This document shows positions 49,097-58,278 of a DNA stretch of 64,000 nt, one piece after another; the stretch's first letter is position 1, and every line of letters begins with the position of its first letter. The stretch comes from Capsulimonadaceae bacterium (GTDB taxonomy: Bacteria > Armatimonadota > Armatimonadia > Armatimonadales > Capsulimonadaceae). The stretch lies in the NCBI GenBank assembly GCA_965215505.1, contig OZ244065.1:1472001-1536000 (forward strand). Direction: 5' to 3'. The position numbers were made by a program, and so were the translations under genes. Under the pieces are notes generated by a model. It saw only the letters and a list, made by a program, of their open reading frames with translations, did not search any database and was not told where the DNA came from.

Positions 49097-52000
49097 ATGC
49101 TCCCCGTCTTATTGTTTGAGCTGCGCTACCGCCTGCGCCAGTCCTCCACCTACGTCTTCTTCGGCCTGCTGCTGCTGCTGGCCTTCGGGTTCATCGCCAG
49201 CGACGTCGTGCAGCTCGGCGGCGGCGACGCCCAGGTGAAGCTGAACGCGCCCATCGTCATCGCGCGCATGGTCATCCTGCTGACCATCTTCGGCACTTTG
49301 ATCTCGTCCGCCCTCGTCGGGACCTCCGTCCTGCGCGACTTCGAGTACCGGACGCACGAGCTGTTCTTCACGACGCGCGTTTCCAAGTGGGACTACCTCG
49401 TGGGCCGGTTTGTCGGCTCGTTCCTGATCGCGCTGCTCGTCTTCTCCGGAATGCTCGTCGGGCTGTGGCTCGGCAGTCTGATGCCCTGGCAGGACCACAC
49501 CAAGCTGCTGCCCTTCCGCGCCGCCGCCTACCTCCAGCCGTTCCTGCTGTTCGTCGTGCCCAACCTGCTGTTCCTGTGCGCCATCTTCTTCACGCTCGGC
49601 GCGCTGACCCGCAACCTCATGGCGATCTACACCTTCGGCATCGTCGTCCTGGTCGGCTACCTCATCGCCCAGAGCCTGACGCGCGGCCTGGACAGCCACC
49701 TGCTGGCCGCCCTGCTGGACCCCTTCGGCATCACCCCGGTCGGCCTGGTGACGCGCTACTGGACGCCCGCCGAGAAGAACGGCGCGCTGCTGCCGCTGGC
49801 GGGCTTCCTGCTCTGGAACCGCCTGCTGTGGGCCGCCGTCGGCGTCGCCGTGTTCATCGCCGGCGGCGCGGCCTTCCGCTTCTCCGCGCCGCCGCTCACC
49901 CTGCGCCGGGCGGGCAAAGGGCACGACGGAAAAAGCCATGAACGGGCAGCGCAGGCCGGGGCCGCCCTGCCCGCCGCGATCCCGCTGCCTGCCATGCACC
50001 CGCGCCATAACCGGGCCGCGCGCCTGACCCAGTTCCTCAGCATGACACGGTTCCAGTTCCAGGGCATGGTCAAAAGCGTCGCCTTCGTGCTGATCGTGGT
50101 GATGGGCATCATCAACTTCGTCACCAACGCCTACTTCACGGACAAGCTGTTCGACACGCCGATCTACCTGGTCACGCGCGTCATGGCCGAGACCATTCAG
50201 ACCAGCTTCAGCCTGTACTTCCTGATCCTGCTGACCGTCTATGCGGGCGAGCTTGTTTGGAAGGAGCGCGCCTTGAAGGCGGACGGCATCCACGACTCGC
50301 TGCCCGTCCCCACCGCCCTCGTCTACGGCAGCAAGCTGACGGCCCTGCTGTCCGCCGAAGCCCTCCTGATGCTGGTCCTGATCGTCGCGGGCGTCGCCGT
50401 GCAGGCGGCCCACGGCTACTTCCACTTCCAGATCGGGCTGTACCTCGCCTACCTGTACGGGGACGTTTTCCCCCCGATCGCCCTGTTCACCGTGCTGGCG
50501 TTCTTCGTCCACGCCCTGGTCAACCAGAAGTTCCTGGGGCACGCGGTCGTCGTCCTGGCCTTCCTGGCGACCAGCATCATCCTGCCGAAGTTCGGCGTGG
50601 AACACAACCTGCTGCTGTTCAGCGGGATGCCCGACCTGAAGTACTCGGACATGAACGGGTTTGGGCCGTATGCCCAGCCCATCCTCTGGTTCACGCTCTA
50701 CTGGACCGCCTTCTCCGTCATCCTGGGCGTCCTGACCGCCCTGCTTTGGGTGCGCGGAACGGAGGCCGACTGGCCCCACCGGCGCGGCGCGATGGGGTCG
50801 CGCTGGGGGGCGGGCGCGCGGGCGACCACGGCGGGGGCGGGCCTGGCCTTCGTCCTGCTGGGCGGCTTCATCTATTACAACACGAACGTGCTGAACGACT
50901 ATGTCACGGCGCGCGGCGCGCAGAAGCTCCAGGCGAGCTACGAGAAGGAGTACAAGCGGTACGAGACCCTGCCGCAGCCGCGCCTCACCGACGTCACCGT
51001 GGCGGCGGACCTCGACCCGTCCGCCCATCAGTACGTCCTGCGCGGGACCTACAAGATGCGGAACAAGACCGGGCAGCCGATCCCGGATGTCCATGTGCTG
51101 ATTGATCGCAAGATGACGATCAAGTCGCTCTCCTTCACGGGCGGGGCGACCGAAGCGCGCGCGGACAGGGAACACGGCTACTACATCTACCACCTGGCCC
51201 GGCCGCTCGCGCCGGGGGACAGCGTGGCGATGAGCTTCGACCTCGCCTACCAAAAGCGCGGGTTCGCGAACGGGAGTCCGAACACCAACATCGTCGGCAA
51301 CGGCACGTTCCTGAGTACCGAGAACGCCGGCCTCCCCTTCATCGGCTACCAGCCCGGCGGCGAGCTGACCGACGACGCCGACCGGCGCAAACAGGGGCTT
51401 GCCCCGCGCGCCCGCATGGCCTCGCTCTCGGACACGAACGCCCGCCGCAACACCTACATTTCTAATAACTCCGACTGGGTGAACTTCGACGCGACGGTCA
51501 GCACGGACCCGGACCAGATCGCCCTGGCACCCGGCTACTTGCAGCGCGAGTGGGTCCAGGGCGGACGCCGCTTCTTCCACTACAAGATGGACGCGCCGAT
51601 CCTGAACTTCTACTCGTTCGTCTCGGCCCGCTACGCCGTCCGGCACGACCGGTGGAACAACGTCGCCATCGAGGTCTATTACGACCCGCAGCATCCCTAT
51701 AACGTGGACCGGATGGTGGCGGGCGTCAAGGCATCCCTCGCCTACGACAGCGCGAACTTCGGGCCGTACCAGTTCCGGCAGCTCCGCATCCTGGAGTTCC
51801 CCGCCTACGCCAGCTTCGCGCAGTCCTTCCCCAACACCGTCCCCTATTCGGAGGGGATCGGCTTCATCGCGCACGTCCGCGGCCCGGAGGACATTGACTA
51901 CCCGTTCTACGTCACCGCCCACGAGGTCAGCCACCAGTGGTGGGCGCACCAGGTCATCGGCGGCAACGTCCAGGGGTCCGAAATGCTGTCCGAATCCCTG

Positions 52001-52711
52001 GCCCAGTACTCATCCCTGATGGTGATGGAGCACACCTACGGGCGCGACCGGATGCGCCGCTTCCTGCGCTTCTCCCTGGACCGCTATCTGCGCGGGCGCG
52101 GCACGGAGCGCGAGGAGGAGGAGCCGCTGATGCGGACGGAGAACCAGCCCTACATCCATTACGAGAAGGGTGCCCTGGTCTTCTACGCCCTGCGTGACTA
52201 CATGGGGGAGGACAAGCTGAACGCCGTGCTGGCCCGGTTTGTCCACGACAAGCGGTTCCAGAACCCGCCTTATACCACATCGCAAGAGCTAGTAAATTAT
52301 CTGCACCAGGCCGCCCCGCCAGACTTGCAGCCGGTCCTCACGGACATGTTCGAGACGATCACGCTTTACAACAACAAGGCGGTGACCGCGAACTACACCA
52401 AGACCGGGCCGGACAAGTACCGGGTCACGCTGACCGTGGACGCCCAGAAAGTACACGCCGACGGCAAGGGTGCCGAGTCGCCGGCCCCCCTGCACGACTG
52501 GATAGACGTCGGCGTCTTCGCCAAGGCCGCGCCCGGCCAGGACCTCGGCAAGCCGCTGTCCCTGGAGAAGCGCCTGGTGACCAAGCCGCACATGACCTTC
52601 ACCCTGGACGTGACCGGCCTGCCGGACAAGGCCGGCATTGACCCCTACAACAAGCTGATAGACCGCGACCCGGACGACAACGTCAAATCCGTGACGGCAG
52701 CGTCGCGCTGA
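49097..52711 (+). CDS. ABC permease fused to M1-family aminopeptidase
   Basis: Two multi-TM ABC-2-like halves then a soluble domain with HEVSHQWW...SESLAQY and YEKG; start 49097. Confidence 0.9.
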   Translation: MLPVLLFELRYRLRQSSTYVFFGLLLLLAFGFIASDVVQLGGGDAQVKLNAPIVIARMVILLTIFGTLISSALVGTSVLRDFEYRTHELFFTTRVSKWDYLVGRFVGSFLIALLVFSGMLVGLWLGSLMPWQDHTKLLPFRAAAYLQPFLLFVVPNLLFLCAIFFTLGALTRNLMAIYTFGIVVLVGYLIAQSLTRGLDSHLLAALLDPFGITPVGLVTRYWTPAEKNGALLPLAGFLLWNRLLWAAVGVAVFIAGGAAFRFSAPPLTLRRAGKGHDGKSHERAAQAGAALPAAIPLPAMHPRHNRAARLTQFLSMTRFQFQGMVKSVAFVLIVVMGIINFVTNAYFTDKLFDTPIYLVTRVMAETIQTSFSLYFLILLTVYAGELVWKERALKADGIHDSLPVPTALVYGSKLTALLSAEALLMLVLIVAGVAVQAAHGYFHFQIGLYLAYLYGDVFPPIALFTVLAFFVHALVNQKFLGHAVVVLAFLATSIILPKFGVEHNLLLFSGMPDLKYSDMNGFGPYAQPILWFTLYWTAFSVILGVLTALLWVRGTEADWPHRRGAMGSRWGAGARATTAGAGLAFVLLGGFIYYNTNVLNDYVTARGAQKLQASYEKEYKRYETLPQPRLTDVTVAADLDPSAHQYVLRGTYKMRNKTGQPIPDVHVLIDRKMTIKSLSFTGGATEARADREHGYYIYHLARPLAPGDSVAMSFDLAYQKRGFANGSPNTNIVGNGTFLSTENAGLPFIGYQPGGELTDDADRRKQGLAPRARMASLSDTNARRNTYISNNSDWVNFDATVSTDPDQIALAPGYLQREWVQGGRRFFHYKMDAPILNFYSFVSARYAVRHDRWNNVAIEVYYDPQHPYNVDRMVAGVKASLAYDSANFGPYQFRQLRILEFPAYASFAQSFPNTVPYSEGIGFIAHVRGPEDIDYPFYVTAHEVSHQWWAHQVIGGNVQGSEMLSESLAQYSSLMVMEHTYGRDRMRRFLRFSLDRYLRGRGTEREEEEPLMRTENQPYIHYEKGALVFYALRDYMGEDKLNAVLARFVHDKRFQNPPYTTSQELVNYLHQAAPPDLQPVLTDMFETITLYNNKAVTANYTKTGPDKYRVTLTVDAQKVHADGKGAESPAPLHDWIDVGVFAKAAPGQDLGKPLSLEKRLVTKPHMTFTLDVTGLPDKAGIDPYNKLIDRDPDDNVKSVTAASR

Positions 52712-52812
52712 GGGCGGGTTTCCCGCCCTCTGTTTCTCCACCCTCGTCAGCGCACAGGTGGCCGACTCCTACCGCCCGTCGGAACCGTAGGGGCAGGCCC
52801 CCGTGCCTGCCC
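52710..52812. repeat. Hairpin plus divergent GTAG-REP pair
   Basis: GAGGGCGGG-TTT-CCCGCCCTC; ...GCCGACTCCTAC...GTAGGGGCAGGCCCCCGTGCCTGCCC. Confidence 0.65.
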
Positions 52813-53005
52813 TTCTCCTGCCGTGCCTGCCCTTCGTTCACCATTGCGTTTTTGCTTGTGTTGCGGTATATTTGATCTTGCAGGCTGAAGGCGGGGTGTT
52901 GGAGCCTGCTATACTCCCTCCGGTAGCCACCTGGCCGCCGCACGAGTACCGCACATGCGCCGGATCTTCCCCGCCTCGTGTTTCGTTCTGTCAGGAGGTT
53001 CGCCC

Positions 53006-55138
53006 GTGAACAGACTGTCATTCCGCCGCCAAGCCCGCTCCCCCCGGCCGCCGGCGGCGCTTGTTCTTTTCCTGCTTGCGGCGCTCCCTAGTGCCGCCCT
53101 CGCTCAGAAGCCTGTGGAGGTGCCCGCCGTGGTAGTGCCTCCCCCGCCGCCTGCCGCGCCCTCCCCGGTCCTCGCAGTACCTCCCGCCCTCAGCCAGAAG
53201 GAAATGCTGGCCCAAGACAGCCGCCTGGACCGGCCCATCTCCCTCGATGTCATCAGCGTCCCATTGAACGAGGTGCTGCAAAAAGAGAGCCTGGATAAGA
53301 GTACGGAGACGATGGAGGACGGGAAGCGTTTCCTGCTCACCGCCGCCCCCGACTGTGCCGACCTCAAGCTCCAGGTCCGGCTGAACAACCGACCCTTGCG
53401 CGTCCTGATGACGGCACTGGCCCAGATGGTGCCGGGGACATGGACCCGCACCCCGCACGGCTATCAGTTGGCAATGACGAGGGGGGCCGCGACTGCGCGT
53501 TCGGAGTGGTGGAACCTTTTCCTGGGCGAGCGCGAGAAGGCGCTGGCCGCCCAGCGGCAGGCGGTGCTGGCCGCCATGCAGACGAAGGACCACCGCCAGG
53601 CGGATGATCGGGAGCCGGAACCGCCAAACCGTGCATTGGAGGAAGACGCGGCGAACCAGCACGATTTCTTCTATTCACTGCCGCCCGCCTTGAAGGAGCA
53701 GATCGCCGCCAACATGGAGGAGAGCGCCTTCTATGAAGTGGGACGTATAAGCTTCGGGGGCAACATCGAGCAGTTTGGGACGACCGGCTGGCTGTCGCAG
53801 ATGTCGCCGCAGACGCGGGAGCACTTCAAGAAAGCCATGCAGGCCAATGCGAACCGGATGACGAATTTCCCGCCGTCCCTCCAGAAGTACGCGGTGCAGG
53901 CACAAAAGGACGTGGCCACCTTCGACCCAAGCCGAGTCTACTTCTGCTTCCTAAACGCCGGAGTGGGGGTGATGGCCATGCCCATCAATAGCCCGCCCTC
54001 AGTTTCCATCCCACCCATGCTTGATGTCCCCATGACTGCGGGTTTGCCGGCCCTGACGCTGGATCAGGTGCAGCTTGCCCAGGCCGTGCAGAAGATGGGG
54101 GAGTCGGCCCCGGACGAGTGGAAGCGCCTGGCTGACTATCAGCGCGGGCGCGTCTGGCCCAACATCCTGCCGACGCTGCCCCCCGAGGACAACATCACCT
54201 GGCACCCCACGATCAGCCGGGCGGCGCAGACGGACTGGCTGGGGGAGCAAGGACACATGGAGTACGTCTGCGACTACTACTCGCACGGCGGCTACGAGAT
54301 GCCCGACGAGCAGAAGAAGCTGCCGGTCAAGCGCCCGCTGGCGACCGAACTCGACGAGATGGCGGCCAAGCGCGACGTGAGCTGGACGAAGGACGCGGAC
54401 GGCGTTTACCTGATTCGTGACAACCGCTGGTATCGGGACGACGACCTGGAAGTGCCCCAGCCGTTGCTGCGGCGCTGGTTCGGGGCGCTGCTCCAGGTCC
54501 GGCGGCAGGAAGCCGCCCAGACACCCACACAGGCGACCGCACCTCAAGTGGTGACGCAGTCACCGGAGGAGCGGGCGGCGGCGATCAAGCAAAACTGGGA
54601 TTGGGTGGCGGAGGTGTTCAGCACCCTGACGCCGTGGCAGATCCGGAACGGGCTGGCGCGGTTCCAGCCGGAGGAGAAGGACCTGGCCCCGCAGAACGAC
54701 GAAACGGCGGCCAAGCTCTACGCGAATCTGAAGCACTACGTCCCGCAGCCGGGGGAGATTAGTACCCCCGGCACCGACCACTTTGCGGAAATGGCCCGGC
54801 TGCCGCCGTTCTGGCAGGCCGTCAATATCCTCAAAGGGTTCCCACACACGGCGCAGTTGTACGGCAGCCTGGGCGACGAAGGGCGGACGGCGCTGGTGGA
54901 GGGACGGCTCTCGCCCGTCTCCCTGAGCGCCGCACAGCTCGCGCAGGCGGCGTCGTTGCAGCCGCTTCTGCCCCAGGCCATGCAGAGCTTCCCGATGGAT
55001 TCGGTGCGGCTACGCTTGCTCTTCCGCGGGTCACCCTCCTACCGTGTGACCTTCATGGATGTCCCGGAGTTGAAACTAGAGGTCATCACGCCGCCCCAAG
55101 TCGCCCCCGCGGAGGCCACGCCGCCGAGCGGCCCGTAG
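53006..55138 (+). CDS. Large secreted hypothetical protein, intact paralogue of 30565-32797
   Basis: TGcTATACT at 52907-52915, AGGAGG RBS, GTG start; signal peptide (ALAQK), Pro-rich linker, DSRLDRPISLDVISVPLNEVLQ. Confidence 0.85.
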   Translation: MNRLSFRRQARSPRPPAALVLFLLAALPSAALAQKPVEVPAVVVPPPPPAAPSPVLAVPPALSQKEMLAQDSRLDRPISLDVISVPLNEVLQKESLDKSTETMEDGKRFLLTAAPDCADLKLQVRLNNRPLRVLMTALAQMVPGTWTRTPHGYQLAMTRGAATARSEWWNLFLGEREKALAAQRQAVLAAMQTKDHRQADDREPEPPNRALEEDAANQHDFFYSLPPALKEQIAANMEESAFYEVGRISFGGNIEQFGTTGWLSQMSPQTREHFKKAMQANANRMTNFPPSLQKYAVQAQKDVATFDPSRVYFCFLNAGVGVMAMPINSPPSVSIPPMLDVPMTAGLPALTLDQVQLAQAVQKMGESAPDEWKRLADYQRGRVWPNILPTLPPEDNITWHPTISRAAQTDWLGEQGHMEYVCDYYSHGGYEMPDEQKKLPVKRPLATELDEMAAKRDVSWTKDADGVYLIRDNRWYRDDDLEVPQPLLRRWFGALLQVRRQEAAQTPTQATAPQVVTQSPEERAAAIKQNWDWVAEVFSTLTPWQIRNGLARFQPEEKDLAPQNDETAAKLYANLKHYVPQPGEISTPGTDHFAEMARLPPFWQAVNILKGFPHTAQLYGSLGDEGRTALVEGRLSPVSLSAAQLAQAASLQPLLPQAMQSFPMDSVRLRLLFRGSPSYRVTFMDVPELKLEVITPPQVAPAEATPPSGP

Positions 55139-55169
55139 AGTAAGAACGGCCTGTCCCCCAGAATAGGGG

Positions 55170-56741
55170 TCAGGCGGTTTCTTCGGCCACCAGCGCGCGC
55201 AGGGCGGCGAGGCCGGGCAGGAACAGGTACACGCCCGCGCGCACCGTCACGAACTGCGGCACGTTCTGAAGGCGGATGCGCGTCGTCGGCTGGGGGATCG
55301 TGAACTCCGCCCCCGCGTCCGTCCGGGCGGCGGCGTCAATGTTGTCCTGGCTCCCCGTCACGGGGTCCGGCTCGTTCCAGCGGCGCGCGAACTTCGGGTC
55401 GTTCAGCCAGGTCTGCTGGACGAACTCGAACTGGCGCGAGATGCTGGCGTTGACGCAGAAGAACAGCAGGCCGCGCTTGTGGCCGTCGTCCCGAGCAGTA
55501 GTCGGGTCATCGAGCCGGGGGCCGTAGGGCCGCCCGCGACGCAGGATGCGGTGGTGGTTCACGACGTCCTGCGCCTCTTTGTCCTTGAGGCTGGAAAGCA
55601 TGTCGCGCGGGTTCGCCCGCCGGATGTGTGCCCCGACGGGGCAGCCGAAGCCGTCCGGGTCGCTGTCCGCATAGAGGAAGTCGTTCACCTTGTCCGGGTC
55701 ATTCGCCAGGGCGGGGTCGTCCGCGAACGGGCATACGGTCAGAGGCGCACCGCTCCGCCAGCGCCCCACCATCTTCGCTCCCACGAACTCCGGGGGCGGC
55801 GCGGCGGCCCCATCACCCGCAGGCAGGACGGCGGACTGGGCGCGGCAGTAGTCCCAGAAGGCGGGGACGTCCTGTTCCAGTTTACGGAACACGAGGTACG
55901 CGCCGTTCGTCCCCACGTCCACGCCGGGACTGCCTTCGGTGGGATTGAGCCGGGGCCAGTTGGTCTTCTGACCGTACTCGTTCTTGTAGCCCAGGATGAA
56001 CTCGCCGGCCTTGACCTCTGATTGGCCGGGGTCCTTGACGCCGAAGCCGCCCTTGATGTAGACCGAAGTGATGTTGTCGCGGAACCCGAAATGCTCGTCG
56101 CGCGGGTGTTCGCCGCGCCGGTGCATCTCGGGGGTGGACCGCTCATCGGCGATCACGCGGGCACCGCAAGCCCCGAACCGCTCCGTCAGACCGCCGACCA
56201 TCGCCTTTAACTCCTCGCTCGTGTGGGCGAAGCAGAGCAGCGCAAGGTCGGGCATCCTGTCCAGGTCTGGGGCCTTGTCCGAGCCGTTCCCGCCCCACTC
56301 CCAGTTGCGCGGGTCGTTGGCCTCGACATCACCCAGGGCGCGCGAGCGGTAGCCCTCGGTCATGCCGCTGCGGAACTCGGGGGAGAAGGTTTCCAGAGTC
56401 TCCTCCGAGTGACCCAGCGCGGCCAGGCCGCCGTAGGTGAACGCCAGGTTGAGTGCGGTCTTTTCCCGCTGTGATTCGTCCTTCTGCCGGTTCGCCGCCG
56501 TCACCTCGGGGACCGTCGCCAGCAGGGCGACGCGCGCCTCGGGCGTGATCCGCCCCGCCCCCTCCGTGCGCGGGAGCCGCAGGAAAAGATAGGCCGCGTG
56601 GAGCAGGTGGCCATAGCCGCTCAGGATCATGGCCTGGATGTCCGGGAAGGCCAGAGGTTCCGCAGGCCCGTCCGCCTGCACGTCGGGCGGGGCCGCCATC
56701 CTCGGGGTCGTCGTTTCTTGTTGCTTCGTTTCCGTGTGCAT
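55170..56741 (-). CDS. DyP-type peroxidase
   Basis: DIQA.IL.GY, EHFGFRDN, GEFILGY.NE, NGAYLVFRKLEQDV, GAHIRRANPR, ILRRGRPYG, QFEFVQQTW. Confidence 0.9.
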   Translation of the reverse strand: MHTETKQQETTTPRMAAPPDVQADGPAEPLAFPDIQAMILSGYGHLLHAAYLFLRLPRTEGAGRITPEARVALLATVPEVTAANRQKDESQREKTALNLAFTYGGLAALGHSEETLETFSPEFRSGMTEGYRSRALGDVEANDPRNWEWGGNGSDKAPDLDRMPDLALLCFAHTSEELKAMVGGLTERFGACGARVIADERSTPEMHRRGEHPRDEHFGFRDNITSVYIKGGFGVKDPGQSEVKAGEFILGYKNEYGQKTNWPRLNPTEGSPGVDVGTNGAYLVFRKLEQDVPAFWDYCRAQSAVLPAGDGAAAPPPEFVGAKMVGRWRSGAPLTVCPFADDPALANDPDKVNDFLYADSDPDGFGCPVGAHIRRANPRDMLSSLKDKEAQDVVNHHRILRRGRPYGPRLDDPTTARDDGHKRGLLFFCVNASISRQFEFVQQTWLNDPKFARRWNEPDPVTGSQDNIDAAARTDAGAEFTIPQPTTRIRLQNVPQFVTVRAGVYLFLPGLAALRALVAEETA

Positions 56742-56777
56742 CGTTTCCGCGCTCCTCACGCAGTCTTGCCCGGTCAG

Positions 56778-58103
56778 TTAAAGCGTGCCCAACAGCTCTT
56801 TTTCCGCCCCGCGCGTCGGCGTTTGACACAGCCGGAGGGCATCGAGCTGGTTGACCACGCTCACGTCCGGGTAGGCGCTGTACCACACCTGCGTCTCGAT
56901 CTGGTACTTGCGCGTCCAGTTCTTGAACGCCTCCGCGCGCTGCGCCCCGTCGCAGATCAGGTTCTTCGTGGGCGGGAACTCGACTGTGTTGCTCCACACC
57001 CCGGTCAGGCCCGCCGAGGCCCGGTCCACGAAGTCACCCAGGTAGTTCTCCCAGCTCCCATCGAAATTCGAAAAGAAGAGCAGCCGGTCGCCGCCGTCGA
57101 TCAGCATCCAGCGGGCAAAGTGGATGGTCGGGATGCCGCCCAGGTTACCCTGGTTCCAGTGGAAGCGGGCCAGGAAGTCTATGGCGGCGAGGACGGCGTT
57201 CAGCGTGACGCGGCGGAACCGGCCCGGCTTGACCGGGACGAGGTGCGTCATCTGGTTCTGCACCTTGTGGTCCTCCCAGACGCGCAGCTCGCGCAGGTGG
57301 TCGAGGGTCGGCGGGGTCGTCTCCTTCCACTTCTCGCCATTTGCCCCCCAGTCGGCGACCTCGTGGCGATGCAGGACGCCTAAAAGGGCCATGCCGCCTC
57401 CCACCAGGGCCGCCGCGCCGAGAAGCCCCAGCCGGGGGGAGCGGCGGCCCAGCAGGTACAGCCCGCCGCCGACCGCCCCGACCACGCCCGCGATGACCGC
57501 ACTCAACGGCAGGCTCGGCGGCGGGGCGGAGATGGATGGGACGGGACACGCCCCGTCCCGGATGGCGGCGAGCCGTCGCGCGGCGGTCGGACCATCCAGC
57601 GCCTCGCCTGAGCCTGCCCGTGTCGGCCTGATGACCGTGCTGACGTACTCCTCCATGCGGCCATGGGCATCGGCGGCGTCTTTGAGCTGCCGGACGGTCC
57701 GGCCGCGACAGGCGATGTGGCGCGCGCCATAGGGGATGCGGCGCGAGAGGAAATACTCCGCCGCATGCCCTTTGTCCCCAGGCCCCGGCCAGCCCTCGCA
57801 GTGCGAGTAGATGGCGTCGAGGGCGTCCATCGCGCCCGCGACCGCGTCCCCGATGAGGGTTTCATCCGGGCCGTCATGGTCGGTGCCGAAAACCAGTTGG
57901 GTGGGCGGGCCGTTCGGGTCCGAGGTGTCGGGCGGGGGGATCATGGCCCAGCGGGCGAAGTGGATCGATGGGAACCGGGCGAACCGGATGTGGGTGTTCC
58001 CCTCGATGTCCCTCCCGATGCTGGTCAGGAGGTCTTTCAGGGACTGTTCGCTGCCGCGCCGGACCGGCACGATGACCGTCATGCTGCGCTGCTGTGTCTG
58101 CAT
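56778..58103 (-). CDS. Hypothetical membrane protein with two IHFARW-containing domains
   Basis: SIHFARW...DAIYSHCEGWP and TIHFARW...FSNFDGSWENYL...VWSNTVEFP flank a TM hairpin. Confidence 0.75.
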   Translation of the reverse strand: MQTQQRSMTVIVPVRRGSEQSLKDLLTSIGRDIEGNTHIRFARFPSIHFARWAMIPPPDTSDPNGPPTQLVFGTDHDGPDETLIGDAVAGAMDALDAIYSHCEGWPGPGDKGHAAEYFLSRRIPYGARHIACRGRTVRQLKDAADAHGRMEEYVSTVIRPTRAGSGEALDGPTAARRLAAIRDGACPVPSISAPPPSLPLSAVIAGVVGAVGGGLYLLGRRSPRLGLLGAAALVGGGMALLGVLHRHEVADWGANGEKWKETTPPTLDHLRELRVWEDHKVQNQMTHLVPVKPGRFRRVTLNAVLAAIDFLARFHWNQGNLGGIPTIHFARWMLIDGGDRLLFFSNFDGSWENYLGDFVDRASAGLTGVWSNTVEFPPTKNLICDGAQRAEAFKNWTRKYQIETQVWYSAYPDVSVVNQLDALRLCQTPTRGAEKELLGTL

Positions 58104-58278
58104 GGCTTGCACTCCTCTCGGATTTTCATGCTTCGGTGGTACTGATGCAAGGATTGTCCGATTATTTCTGTGGTCCTATGCCTTATTCCTCCTTTGTTCG
58201 CGACGCGCCCGACTGTTTTTCTGTTATAATGCATTCAGCGGCATGCAAGCTCTCTCGATGCCGAGGAGAACCACCGAC

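Noticed and set aside
49109-51949. 946-aa minus-strand ORF and similar long alternative-frame ORFs
   Set aside because: Antisense shadow of the ABC/M1 fusion with no motifs
55146-55180. Hairpin CCTGTCCCC-CAGAAT-AGGGGTCAGG as a new element
   Set aside because: Single imperfect copy between convergent genes; adequately explained as a terminator-like stem
55170-55260. Encapsulin cargo-loading peptide on DyP
   Set aside because: C-terminus (ALRALVAEETA) lacks a GSLxIGSL-like tail and no encapsulin gene is present
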